Under the pieces are notes generated by a model. That model saw nothing but the letters and a program-made list of their open reading frames with translations, was not told where the DNA came from and made no database searches. Of a DNA stretch of 58,660 nucleotides, positions 46,539 through 55,911 are shown in pieces (the first letter of the stretch is position 1; the number at the start of each line of letters is the position of its first letter). A program made the translations under genes and the position numbers. The stretch spans positions 1 to 58,660 of IMG/VR virus record IMGVR_UViG_3300047275_000458. The stretch is one strand, 5' to 3'. This DNA comes from a virus. Its lineage: Duplodnaviria; Caudoviricetes.

Positions 46539-48395
46539 TTACGATTTCGCGTCTCCATAATTGTATGAAAAACCACCTTCACAGGCAACTGGTAAATCAG
46601 AAGCCCACTTGGGAGGAGTGTGCATGACATCTTCCATCAGTTTCAGGCAGGCTTGAGCGAATCCGTCAGGCACACACGCAACCACTTCGTCATGCACCGT
46701 CAGTACAACTTTAAATCGGTACTCGGAAGTATCCAGTTTGCGCAAGGCTTGATCAATCTTTGCCATCTGATCAAACACAACGATCCGGGCTAGGGCTTGG
46801 ACTACGTTCTCTACCACCTTACCCCCGTAAATATTGACGGGGCCATAGCGCCCATCGTAGACAAACCCCTCAGACGTTTTGCGCAAGTTGGGGTAGTAAA
46901 TAAACATGCCGTTGGGCAACCATATCTTCTCGCCTATACATTTAAGTTTGATACCTGTACCAAACTCATACTCATACCCGCTAGTCATCTTGGCAAGCGC
47001 GGTGTCAGCTTCCTTCCACAAAGCGGCAACATAAGAATACTTCTCTCTATAGAGTTTGACTATGCGTTCTGCATCTTCGATAGGCAGATCCACTGATACG
47101 CCTGCCTGCCCAATCTTGAGCGTAGACTTAAACTTGTCTTTGCCCATGCCGTAGCCTAGCCCCAAGATACAAGTCTTGCCTACAAAGCGTTCTATTTTGT
47201 CTACAGACTTATCGATTGTCCGTCCGTAAACTTCAGTCGCAAATTTGGAATAGATGTCGATTTTGTTTCGGAAATCATCAAGTAAATCGATTTGCCCTGC
47301 AAGCCACGCGACAACCCGCGCTTCGATCTGCGACGAGTCACACGCGACCAACGCATGATTTTGCGGTACAGATATGGATTTCCTAAGACTTCCTCCCCTT
47401 GGAAGATTCTGCAAGTTAATTTTGTCCCCGCCACTTGCGCGACCAGTATGAGCCCCGTAGTAATTGAGAAGTATAGGTAGCGCACCTCGCTTAGCGATGG
47501 CAATGAACGATTCAGTGCGCGTCTCTTCCAAAGTTGATTTGACGCCAAGTCGCGCCGAGACAACGGCTTGCACGCGGGGATCGTCATGCTCCAACAAAGC
47601 CTTGAACTCACTATCGGTCTTACCAAAGGCATAGGTTTCCTTTCCGGTACGTAGGCTAGTCTTTGTGGGCGGTTCAACGCCTAACTTGCGTAGTACCTCA
47701 GCAAATTGTGGATTAGACATTAGGTTATCTCTGCCAATGCTAGCATCGATACGTTCCATTAACGTCTGCTTTTTCGTACGAATGTTTACAAGGTGTTGCT
47801 CTAATACATCCTCACGAAGCTGTAACACAGGATCAATAAACATCCTAAGCATCAAATCAATAATGTATTGCTCCTTTGGCGTGGAGTATTGTTGCAGCAC
47901 CCTATACAACGTGTAAGTAAGTTCCACGTCGTTTATGCAATAGTCTGCATAGGCTTGCATTTCCTCAGGCGTAAAGTCTGCTCCATGTTTACCAATGGCA
48001 TTGAGTGCTTCCTTGCCCTTCTCACCAAGTACAAACTTCTTAACCAGTTTGTCAAGCGAACCGCCTACCGTCAAACCCGTGATAGGTCGCGACATGCTTA
48101 GCGTGTCAAGGTAATACTTAGGCTTAATCCCGAAGTGCCAATTGAGGATTGCCCCATCAAACGCCATGTTGTGCGCCAATAGGTAAGAGTCCTCAATTCT
48201 AAACTGCGACAGGAACGCCTTGATCTGTGCGTGCGTACCGCTACACCATTGCGTCTGCTGATCGGCTATCTTGACTGCTACACCAATAACTTCAAAACGT
48301 TTGTCGCGGATATAGGCTTCTGTGGTTAACTTCTTGAGCCCATATTCCTTGTCGTAGTATGTTTCGAAGTCAATGGTAATAATGTTAGTCGTCAT
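46539..48395 (-). CDS. DNA polymerase, family A, with 3'-5' exonuclease
   Basis: DFETYY, HN..FD, HTGR, NLQN, D.SQIE.R, K...LG..YG, VHDE. Confidence 0.93.
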   Translation of the reverse strand: MTTNIITIDFETYYDKEYGLKKLTTEAYIRDKRFEVIGVAVKIADQQTQWCSGTHAQIKAFLSQFRIEDSYLLAHNMAFDGAILNWHFGIKPKYYLDTLSMSRPITGLTVGGSLDKLVKKFVLGEKGKEALNAIGKHGADFTPEEMQAYADYCINDVELTYTLYRVLQQYSTPKEQYIIDLMLRMFIDPVLQLREDVLEQHLVNIRTKKQTLMERIDASIGRDNLMSNPQFAEVLRKLGVEPPTKTSLRTGKETYAFGKTDSEFKALLEHDDPRVQAVVSARLGVKSTLEETRTESFIAIAKRGALPILLNYYGAHTGRASGGDKINLQNLPRGGSLRKSISVPQNHALVACDSSQIEARVVAWLAGQIDLLDDFRNKIDIYSKFATEVYGRTIDKSVDKIERFVGKTCILGLGYGMGKDKFKSTLKIGQAGVSVDLPIEDAERIVKLYREKYSYVAALWKEADTALAKMTSGYEYEFGTGIKLKCIGEKIWLPNGMFIYYPNLRKTSEGFVYDGRYGPVNIYGGKVVENVVQALARIVVFDQMAKIDQALRKLDTSEYRFKVVLTVHDEVVACVPDGFAQACLKLMEDVMHTPPKWASDLPVACEGGFSYNYGDAKS

Positions 48396-48687
48396 ATCTT
48401 CCTTGGGCTGCTTGGTCAAAGTCATTTTTCGCGGGGCGATTAATCCTACCTGACTTCCACAAAGCCTCCATTCGTTGACGCTGTTCCTCCCGTTTCTCGG
48501 GTGTCCACGCTACCTTCTTGCGTACAATTCTAATTCGCTTGGGCTTATCGACAGGCATAGCAACCGTGCCCCCTGCTTGGCTAATCCAAAACTTTAACTG
48601 CAATTCTACAGTTCGAAAGTTTTCTGCCGCAATACTCTCAAGTTCTTCTTTAAGTGATTCACTAATAAGGATTTGTGCCATGCTCAT
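48385..48687 (-). CDS. Possible RHH/Arc-like regulator with a basic tail
   Basis: I.ISE.LK..L...A..N.RT...QL. Confidence 0.55.
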   Translation of the reverse strand: MSMAQILISESLKEELESIAAENFRTVELQLKFWISQAGGTVAMPVDKPKRIRIVRKKVAWTPEKREEQRQRMEALWKSGRINRPAKNDFDQAAQGRYDD

Positions 48688-48860
48688 TTCTCCAATCGTT
48701 GTTCAACAAGATATTTAATTACTAAATCCCCTACTGCTGTAAAATCTGAACCATACATTGTCCTGTACGGTTCGTTCTCGTAGTCCATAAAATGTACTAA
48801 GAATCCGTTGTCAATTTTGCGTACCTTAAACTGAGCGACAAGCTCGGGATCAGTCGGCAT
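48684..48860 (-). CDS. Hypothetical protein, 58 aa, not in the ORF track
   Basis: GAGGAGG SD; MPTDPELVAQFKVRKIDNGFLV...; ATGA coupling. Confidence 0.7.
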   Translation of the reverse strand: MPTDPELVAQFKVRKIDNGFLVHFMDYENEPYRTMYGSDFTAVGDLVIKYLVEQRLEK

Positions 48861-48872
48861 GTCTGTCCTCCT

Positions 48873-49085
48873 CTATATGTGGTTGCGTATGTAGTTTTGC
48901 AAATCATCAATTGCGCTGTATTGTGTAGCGTCACACGCTACAAACTTTCTTCGTATGTTTAGCGCCATGATGGACACCGCCGTATTGATTAAGCTGGCTA
49001 GTTCCTCTGACTTGTCTATGTCTTGCCGACTTGTTGCCCGATGGATAAGTTGCAAAAGGTCTTGGGTATTGATGGTTCGGCTCAT
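48873..49085 (-). CDS. Hypothetical protein
   Basis: Operon tiling. Confidence 0.55.
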   Translation of the reverse strand: MSRTINTQDLLQLIHRATSRQDIDKSEELASLINTAVSIMALNIRRKFVACDATQYSAIDDLQNYIRNHI

Positions 49086-49267
49086 AGCAATGCTGGCTCC
49101 GATTCATATATTCTCTCCTTCATTTTTCTCGCTTCTTCTCGAGCGTGTTTCTTAAAGTATTTGGCTACTAACTTTCGCTCATCAGTGGTTTTGAAAGGCC
49201 ACTCCCATCGCTCCCATGTGAGTCCACTGGGGTGCTTTCCTTGCTTGCTCTCTTCTTCCTTCGCCAT
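49082..49267 (-). CDS. Hypothetical protein
   Basis: GGAG/GAGG SD; ATGA coupling to the next gene. Confidence 0.55.
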   Translation of the reverse strand: MAKEEESKQGKHPSGLTWERWEWPFKTTDERKLVAKYFKKHAREEARKMKERIYESEPALL

Positions 49268-49407
49268 GCGTATAGCCTCTCCTTCTCACATTGTTTGCAG
49301 TTGCTTGCCTTGCCCATCAACCCACGGGAGGCGTTAAAGAATTTACTAAGTGGTAACTCCTGTTTGCACATCTTGCATGGCTTACTAATTTCTTCTTCCA
49401 TTACCAT
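49168..49407 (-). CDS. Small CxxC...CxxC zinc-binding protein
   Basis: K.C..C....PL..F ... S.CK.C; AAGGAG SD. Confidence 0.6.
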   Translation of the reverse strand: MVMEEEISKPCKMCKQELPLSKFFNASRGLMGKASNCKQCEKERLYAWRRKKRASKESTPVDSHGSDGSGLSKPLMSES

Positions 49408-49577
49408 TCTCCTTGTTCATAAATGTCAATCATTAAACCAATGTTGCCCAAGCTGTAACCGATAAACGCTATGGTTAAACCTACTCGGTGTAACTTAAAA
49501 AAATAATTACCTGACTGCCACAGATATAACATCATGGCTAGGAACAGGGGCATCGTCGCAAATATAAGTTCTCTCAT
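49401..49577 (-). CDS. Small membrane protein, 58 aa, not in the ORF track
   Basis: Two hydrophobic segments; FIGYSLGNIGL. Confidence 0.65.
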   Translation of the reverse strand: MRELIFATMPLFLAMMLYLWQSGNYFFKLHRVGLTIAFIGYSLGNIGLMIDIYEQGEW

Positions 49578-49581
49578 GTCA

Positions 49582-49761
49582 TCACCCTCTGTAAAAATTA
49601 GTTCTCTTAAACTTCACCATGCGAATAAGGCCTTGTTCCATTAGTTCCCGACACACTCGTCGAACCGTGTTTTTATCACATAAAAAATATTCGGCTATTT
49701 GTGTAGCCGAATATGTGCGCTTTCTTTCTGCTAGAAATTTATGTATTCGTTCTCTATACAT
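49582..49761 (-). CDS. Winged-HTH protein
   Basis: SATQIAE......NTVRR...EL...GLI. Confidence 0.7.
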   Translation of the reverse strand: MYRERIHKFLAERKRTYSATQIAEYFLCDKNTVRRVCRELMEQGLIRMVKFKRTNFYRG

Positions 49762-49936
49762 CCCTATTATCCTGTTTGTCAAATACCCACCCGCGAATAG
49801 CACCAGCCTGCGCACGAATGTCTGTCGTAACTTCTACGATCCTTGTGAAGTTGGGGTTACCGCATGGGGACATAAGGTTGTTAAGTTCTCTTGTGAGCGC
49901 ATTTAACCGCACAGTTGCTTCTGCGGGATCAATCAT
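49754..49936 (-). CDS. Hypothetical protein
   Basis: AGGAG SD. Confidence 0.6.
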   Translation of the reverse strand: MIDPAEATVRLNALTRELNNLMSPCGNPNFTRIVEVTTDIRAQAGAIRGWVFDKQDNRDV

Positions 49937-49966
49937 TGGGGTATCTCCTATTGCGTGGAGTTACCA

Positions 49967-50620
49967 TTATATATCAGCACCGGACATGCGTGCAATGACT
50001 GCTGCTGCTTGCACTTCTTCGGTGTTGATGGTAGCCAAGAAGGCGGCGGCGGTTGATTCAGTTCTTTCCCCTTTGGCAGCCTTACGCTCAACTCGGTCTA
50101 TAAATTCGCTAGGTATGTACACTTTGAGGTCAGGCCAAAGTTTGAGCGCCTCGTTTAGTGACTTACAGTTATTCAAGAATTGCCTAACTTGGGTTTCGAC
50201 CTTTCCCCAACGCTCAGCAATTTCAGTACGCATCTTAGCCTTACTTACATGGTCGTTGATTAACTCCGTGGGCATTTCCTCACCCTCTTCAAAGTGAACA
50301 TACACATCAGGATAATTAGACCTATACTGCGGAGGAAGTAGAACTTCTTTTTCGCTGCGACATTGCAACTTAAAGTCCGGCCCGCTAAAGTGAAAGTCAA
50401 CAGCAGTATTTTTATGTAGCCAAGACGCGGGCATCTCGGAAATTAAATGATGTTTATTCTCCCATACTTTCTGAATAAACCAACGCTCGTTGCCAGTTAC
50501 ATCCAGCGTTATACGTGAAACCTCTTGGCCTAATGAAGCTTGTAACTCGTGGTCACGCATATAACGAATATGATCACGTACTTCGTTGACAAGGTTTTGT
50601 GAAATTCCTACGAATGCCAT
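49967..50620 (-). CDS. Hypothetical protein (Nmad5-like C-terminal motif)
   Basis: SLNEALKLWP.L..YIP; GAGGAG SD. Confidence 0.55.
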   Translation of the reverse strand: MAFVGISQNLVNEVRDHIRYMRDHELQASLGQEVSRITLDVTGNERWFIQKVWENKHHLISEMPASWLHKNTAVDFHFSGPDFKLQCRSEKEVLLPPQYRSNYPDVYVHFEEGEEMPTELINDHVSKAKMRTEIAERWGKVETQVRQFLNNCKSLNEALKLWPDLKVYIPSEFIDRVERKAAKGERTESTAAAFLATINTEEVQAAAVIARMSGADI

Positions 50621-50622
50621 GA

Positions 50623-50853
50623 TTACTCTCCTCTATTAAGAATGATTACTTCATTGATTGTTTCAATCCACACTTTAGCCCCACACGACAGGGGGTTATC
50701 GGGCCTGTAAACTATTTTGCATGGGCCCAGAATCTCAACTTCGTTGCCATACTCGTTACTCTTGTATGTTTTAACTGTTAACACAGGTTTGCGGTCAGGT
50801 GACTTGGCGTTGTGCTTGATGTTGTGTTGGTTAACATGCACGATAGTCTTCAT
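50623..50853 (-). CDS. Conserved-type small phage protein
   Basis: HVNQH.I, TVK, GP..IVY.PD.PLSCGA.VWIET. Confidence 0.75.
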   Translation of the reverse strand: MKTIVHVNQHNIKHNAKSPDRKPVLTVKTYKSNEYGNEVEILGPCKIVYRPDNPLSCGAKVWIETINEVIILNRGE

Positions 50854-50858
50854 GGTTA

Positions 50859-51455
50859 TTACTCCAATTTAAAATCTAATTTAAATTTGATCTTGCCTCC
50901 AAACTGCACAGTTGTAAGTGCTTGATCTAACTTTGGTTTCATTGCCGCACTCAGGTATTCTTGAATTCGCTTAAGCACTCCGCTTTGTTGCACGCTTTCC
51001 CAAGTGGCTGAACTCATGCCGTAGAAATAAATGCTTCCTTCTTCTTTGCTACAGTTTCTTAAGAGTCGTTGAACATACCAATCGTCTCCGGTTTCCATGC
51101 GTCGTGCGACTGCATCTGCGTACAAAACATTGTATATCTCGTCGTAGAGTTGCTCGTTGTCTAGCCCATTAATATTAATTCTGTCTTTGTCTACATCGCT
51201 CCAAGGTATTTCATAAAACTTGCACACATGGTCATACAACTGCCTAGCCTTGCTAGAGTACCCACCTACGGGGTATGTGGGGTAGTTTTCTAACCCCGAT
51301 GCAATCTTATTTCTAACTCGGTCTGTTACTTTTTCAAAGTCTATAGTAACCTCCGTCGTTGCGCCCATCATCTTTGATATGCGGGCTACATCCCATTGAT
51401 TGTCAACTCGTTTAGACTTTACTTCTACGAATTTTTTGCTCTTGTTGGTGTCCAT
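50859..51455 (-). CDS. Hypothetical protein
   Basis: 198 aa, TAATG-coupled to the VWA gene. Confidence 0.7.
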   Translation of the reverse strand: MDTNKSKKFVEVKSKRVDNQWDVARISKMMGATTEVTIDFEKVTDRVRNKIASGLENYPTYPVGGYSSKARQLYDHVCKFYEIPWSDVDKDRININGLDNEQLYDEIYNVLYADAVARRMETGDDWYVQRLLRNCSKEEGSIYFYGMSSATWESVQQSGVLKRIQEYLSAAMKPKLDQALTTVQFGGKIKFKLDFKLE

Positions 51456-52597
51456 TATTGCTCCATTTCAAAGTGTATTGTTTCGCCTACTGGCGAAGTT
51501 TTGTCTGAAGATATGCACCATACTTGTGGGAAATTAAACTGGTTAGGCTCAGGAAAGTCTGTGTAACCATCGGTGAGCGTTACCATTACGTCAGGCTCGA
51601 TGCCCTGTGCTTCGATGTAGCGTAGACCCTCCACCATGTCTGTGCCACCTCCGCTGTGATAAGTCACGCTAACCTCCTCGCCAAACTCAAACACATCGTG
51701 CTTTTGGACTTTGGTATCGGTGTAGATAACATGGACACGCGTTGGATTACAGTCAGCCATGATGCGCCGTACATGCCCGTTGTAATAGTCGATCTCGGTT
51801 TTGCTTACCGATCCAGATATGTCAACTTGCAGTACAACCTCGCCCATTGTAGGTATCTTGCCTGTGCTTGGTAGGTACATACCCTGCCCAATGAAGCGAC
51901 GATTGGGGCGTAGCCATGTGTAGTCGTTGTTGGTCATGCCATTCATGTAACGCTCAAGATGGTCATACCATGGCGTTTTGACATTGATAAACTCAGACAC
52001 AATCTCGGCTAACTTACCGGGCAACTTACCCCGTGCCTTGGCTGCTTGGGCTGCTTGTGCGATCTCGACCTTGGCTTGCGCTTCGATCTCTCTGATCTCA
52101 GACTCGGTTAGTTCCTCGTACTTAATATCGTCACCAAGTCCGTTATCAAAGCGTGGCTTGCCCTCTCCACCGCCACCGCTTCCATCATCAGGCGAGGATT
52201 CAGGTAGTTCATCGTATATCTGCTCGGTAGTCTTGTCCTTCGACCCCGGCATGTTTACTGTATCGGGGATTGACTCACCAACTTTGCAATCATTAAGCAT
52301 ATCGTTGATCCAAGCATCACCCGCATAGTTCCACTTCTTATGATCTCGATCCTTACGACGCATAGCATGTTGACCGATGACATGGCCTACCTCATGGCAC
52401 AGACCCCATACAACTTGGGGTACAGTCAGCGATTCAACAAAGTCGTGGTTGTAATAAATATCCCCACGGGCATTGACTGCTAGCGTGGGGATGGTTGGAT
52501 CTTCGATTAACTGTTTGCGTAACAGAATACTGCTAAAGAACGGATGATCAAGGACTATTTGTGCTTTCGCCTTGTCCAACTTCGATACGGATTTCAT
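51455..52597 (-). CDS. Metallopeptidase-like + VWA domain protein (DUF2201-like)
   Basis: HEVGH; MIDAS DISGS; GGGTD; TDGY. Confidence 0.88.
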   Translation of the reverse strand: MKSVSKLDKAKAQIVLDHPFFSSILLRKQLIEDPTIPTLAVNARGDIYYNHDFVESLTVPQVVWGLCHEVGHVIGQHAMRRKDRDHKKWNYAGDAWINDMLNDCKVGESIPDTVNMPGSKDKTTEQIYDELPESSPDDGSGGGGEGKPRFDNGLGDDIKYEELTESEIREIEAQAKVEIAQAAQAAKARGKLPGKLAEIVSEFINVKTPWYDHLERYMNGMTNNDYTWLRPNRRFIGQGMYLPSTGKIPTMGEVVLQVDISGSVSKTEIDYYNGHVRRIMADCNPTRVHVIYTDTKVQKHDVFEFGEEVSVTYHSGGGTDMVEGLRYIEAQGIEPDVMVTLTDGYTDFPEPNQFNFPQVWCISSDKTSPVGETIHFEMEQ

Positions 52598-52808
52598 CTG
52601 TAAGTTCTCCATCTTCGTGGTTAACAAAGGAAGCACCGCCTCGTTTATCTTTAACTATTTTGGCAGTGCCTATGATTAGGCCAACAAACAAGCGTTGTGC
52701 AATAAGCACAAACTTATTAGCCTCTCTTAAATGGTGCTGATAATACACGGCGATGAGCGTTGCACCTAACGCCCACACCAACAGAAACAACTCAGCCATA
52801 CTAAACAT
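52548..52808 (-). CDS. Small membrane protein
   Basis: Two hydrophobic segments. Confidence 0.55.
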   Translation of the reverse strand: MFSMAELFLLVWALGATLIAVYYQHHLREANKFVLIAQRLFVGLIIGTAKIVKDKRGGASFVNHEDGELTDEIRIEVGQGESTNSP

Positions 52809-52810
52809 AC

Positions 52811-53710
52811 TTACGCCCCCATGAATGCGCCCATCTGTTTGGCAATATCGTCTAACTTCTTCGCCGCTTGTTCACGAACGATTGGGGATTCACGCAGCCA
52901 TTCCTTGTGCTCGTTGTAAGTTCCCATCGTCTGTTCAAGTTCCTTGATAACTTGCACCATCTCTGGGTTGTCGTCAAGCATTAATTTGCGTGCTACCTCT
53001 AGCCCTTCGATAACATTCTCTACCGCAGAGTCACGGAACACAGACTTCTCAGTTCCGATTGGGCGGTTGAGTTTATCTACCAAGTGCTTGAGTGGTTCAA
53101 GCATACGGCTCACAACATCCGTTCGAGCAAACTTCTCTACATCCTGCATGGCCTGCACAAAGTTCTGCACATCGTCGTCGCTTATGTCAAACAAGAAGTG
53201 CTTGCGATCCGGCAGGGGCAGGAACCTCATGTCAAATCCCATACGTGTGGCAAACTCATCTGCCGTAGGGTAGTCCTCAATCTTGGCTCTCGGTGCTACA
53301 CCTTGGGATACGGCTGATGCACTGCGGTATGCAATGTCAAGTTGCACATACTTGTCCCAATCAGGCAAGAACTTTGCAAGCAAGCCGTCTACCTTGGAAA
53401 TCAGCGAGCGCATTGTGCTTGTGTAGTCCATGTACATATTGTTGGGCAAGATGCGTGGGCCTTTGTCAATGTACGGAATTGTGTGCTTTTTGTGATAGGT
53501 GTAGACCTCGCTCATCGCGGACAATACCTCGTTGATCGGGTTGTTCTTATCCCTGAACAATTTACTGTTGACCACTAGGCTTGCGTCATCCATCTGTGCT
53601 TGGATCATAGCCTCCGCTAGTTGATCGCGGCGGATAAGGTTGGCTCGTCGCATGGTAAGTTTGACAAGCATGGCCTTCTCGTTTAACTGCGTTACTTTTG
53701 GTTCAGTCAT
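52811..53710 (-). CDS. DUF3150-like helical protein
   Basis: K.L, G.RILP, YP...E....F, FRDS...N pattern; AGGAG SD. Confidence 0.6.
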   Translation of the reverse strand: MTEPKVTQLNEKAMLVKLTMRRANLIRRDQLAEAMIQAQMDDASLVVNSKLFRDKNNPINEVLSAMSEVYTYHKKHTIPYIDKGPRILPNNMYMDYTSTMRSLISKVDGLLAKFLPDWDKYVQLDIAYRSASAVSQGVAPRAKIEDYPTADEFATRMGFDMRFLPLPDRKHFLFDISDDDVQNFVQAMQDVEKFARTDVVSRMLEPLKHLVDKLNRPIGTEKSVFRDSAVENVIEGLEVARKLMLDDNPEMVQVIKELEQTMGTYNEHKEWLRESPIVREQAAKKLDDIAKQMGAFMGA

Positions 53711-53721
53711 AGTTCACTCTC

Positions 53722-54237
53722 CTAGTTATCGAAAAAGAATATAAACCGCCAACGATCTGGCGATTCAATATTTGTTGGCATACAGTGTATGAAACGATCC
53801 AAGACATACTCCCATACCGAAGTGATCTCAGACTTCATGCGTAGTTCTGCGATCTGTGCAACTACTTCTTTCGGCAGGCTATGCTCCATATACTTCTGAA
53901 CAAACACATCAGCATACTCCCACGAATGGCTGTGAGAATTTCCCTCCCACGAATCAATCCAACCTGCAGTTAGTGGTGCTATGTCATCGGGTATACCCTT
54001 AGGTTCAGGCCCCTCACCACGAACACCAGCAAGGCTGGCAAACAAATCGTAGTTACGATCCTCAACCTTTGACCACATGTGGGCTGGCCCGTAGTTTTCT
54101 TTACTTAACTCAGGGGGAACATTGAACATTCCTTCAACGGGTATGCCCGTGAACTGATTAACTGTCTGCCAACAATCAATCCCTCGGCTAGGTATAGTCA
54201 CCTTGCGCTCAAGGTGTACATGAATGTCGCATCCCAT
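53722..54237 (-). CDS. Conserved phage protein (MGCDIH...RNY.LF..LAGVR...FDN type)
   Basis: Motif recognition. Confidence 0.75.
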   Translation of the reverse strand: MGCDIHVHLERKVTIPSRGIDCWQTVNQFTGIPVEGMFNVPPELSKENYGPAHMWSKVEDRNYDLFASLAGVRGEGPEPKGIPDDIAPLTAGWIDSWEGNSHSHSWEYADVFVQKYMEHSLPKEVVAQIAELRMKSEITSVWEYVLDRFIHCMPTNIESPDRWRFIFFFDN

Positions 54238-54238
54238 A

Positions 54239-55222
54239 TCAGATCATCACTTTCGCGTTTTGTACTGCCCAGTTAACAAATGCCTTGGTTGTCTTAATCT
54301 CGGGGCATAGTTTCATGGCATCCGACACACACATCACCTGGAACTCAGGCTTGAGTCGAGCCACATACTCCGCAACTCTGTCGAAGTTATCCTTGGACAC
54401 CCTGTGAGCAAGCGCACCAGTTAACGCATACAGAACTGCGGGATCGGTTGGAACTTCACCTTTCGATGGGTTCATAATCAACGCGTCAATGTTGGGCAGT
54501 CCCTCGTAGATACGACGGAACCCAGTGTACTCTGCCGCCGCGCCCTCCCCTACATCACCCGCTACAGTACTAAAGTACACATCAGTGGGTAACTCAGTGG
54601 GTATCTCGTTGACGCGCTCCCAGTTACGCGGTGTGGGGCATACTTTGTCAGGATCAAATGCACTGAGTAAGTTAGGTCTGAACCGCAAGAACTGAATCAG
54701 TATGGGATCAATGTTGTTTGCAAGTGCCCATTCCGACCAATCGTCAATGTTCTCGACATACTCAAATGTGCGGACACGACCACGCAACTTAGACACGATA
54801 CGATTTGCACCCGACTTGTCTTTGGTTCGGTTGCCCGTGGCGATGATCTGCGTGTCTGATGATAGCTGAAGCCTGCCCACTTTCCGGTTGTATATCAGAC
54901 CGCACAGTGCATTTTGCATCGGTGTTGTCGCATCGGATAACTCGTCAAGGATTAGTAGGTTGCGCCCCGTGGACAGACATGCCAACTCCTCGGGTGGTTT
55001 CCATGTGGTGTAGTCCCCGCCGTTGTTAGGCGTACCAAGCAAGTCAACAGGCTCACGCAGCGAAGCAAAGAATAACTCTACATGGTCAAACCCCAAGTCT
55101 TTACCTACTTGAAGGGCAAGTGCAGACTTACCCCCGCCCGGCGCACCCTCAATGTATGGCACGACTTTTTTGCTTACCTCAAACTGCTTCTCGATGGACA
55201 TCTTAATATCTGAGTATTTCAT
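54239..55222 (-). CDS. MoxR-like AAA+ ATPase
   Basis: GAPGGGKS, LILDE, ATGNR..D..GA, PTPR.WE. Confidence 0.9.
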   Translation of the reverse strand: MKYSDIKMSIEKQFEVSKKVVPYIEGAPGGGKSALALQVGKDLGFDHVELFFASLREPVDLLGTPNNGGDYTTWKPPEELACLSTGRNLLILDELSDATTPMQNALCGLIYNRKVGRLQLSSDTQIIATGNRTKDKSGANRIVSKLRGRVRTFEYVENIDDWSEWALANNIDPILIQFLRFRPNLLSAFDPDKVCPTPRNWERVNEIPTELPTDVYFSTVAGDVGEGAAAEYTGFRRIYEGLPNIDALIMNPSKGEVPTDPAVLYALTGALAHRVSKDNFDRVAEYVARLKPEFQVMCVSDAMKLCPEIKTTKAFVNWAVQNAKVMI

Positions 55223-55243
55223 ATGGTCATTCTCCTAGTTATA

Positions 55244-55432
55244 TTAGTCAGACAATAACTCTTTGATCCGCCTCTGTATGCGCTCCCTCACCTCAAGGGG
55301 TGGTTTGCGATCCATCTGCGGGGTGAATGTGGGAAGGGGCACATGATACTGCGCCATCTCCACACGCCTTGCTTCTTGACGCTCACGCCTAAGTATCTGC
55401 GCGTCAAGTAAAACCTTGTCGAATATGTTCAT
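55244..55432 (-). CDS. Hypothetical early protein
   Basis: GGAGGTG SD, ATGA coupling. Confidence 0.6.
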   Translation of the reverse strand: MNIFDKVLLDAQILRRERQEARRVEMAQYHVPLPTFTPQMDRKPPLEVRERIQRRIKELLSD

Positions 55433-55620
55433 AGTCCGTACACCTCCTCTGGTACTTTGTGGGTAAACTTAATGCTCATGCCCATATCCTTGGCTACCTT
55501 GAGCGTATGCGCAGTCAATGTTTCTGTCCCCGCTATTTTGGCTAGCATCTGCGCCTTGTCGTTGATCGGGTAATACAGGGGTTTGCCATATACAGTCTTA
55601 ACCTCGACTTCGATATTCAT
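55429..55620 (-). CDS. Hypothetical early protein (K.VYG...YP...A.IAG..TLT type)
   Basis: GAGGAG SD; motif. Confidence 0.7.
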   Translation of the reverse strand: MNIEVEVKTVYGKPLYYPINDKAQMLAKIAGTETLTAHTLKVAKDMGMSIKFTHKVPEEVYGL

Positions 55621-55704
55621 CTCATCTCCTCCTCGTTACCATAGTTACTAATATAAATACTGCTCCCGCGATACCAAGCAGACCAACTGCGTCTATTAGA
55701 ATAG

Positions 55705-55911
55705 TCATGTCTTGATCCTTTTGCGTTCAATGTACTGCGCTAGGACAAGTGTGCGTATGCGTTCGTGCTCTGCTACAACTTTCTTGGCCTCGCTTGGTGG
55801 AACCCATCCGTGTTGTTTGAATGTGCGTACAATGTCCGTATCCTTGGCAGGTATGTAGTCATCTTTAAATTTAACCGGCCGATCATCAGAGTTCATATTT
55901 ATCTCCGTCAC
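55705..55911 (-). CDS. Hypothetical early protein
   Basis: YIPA..TDI..TFK..GW.PPSE. Confidence 0.6.
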   Translation of the reverse strand: MTEINMNSDDRPVKFKDDYIPAKDTDIVRTFKQHGWVPPSEAKKVVAEHERIRTLVLAQYIERKRIKT

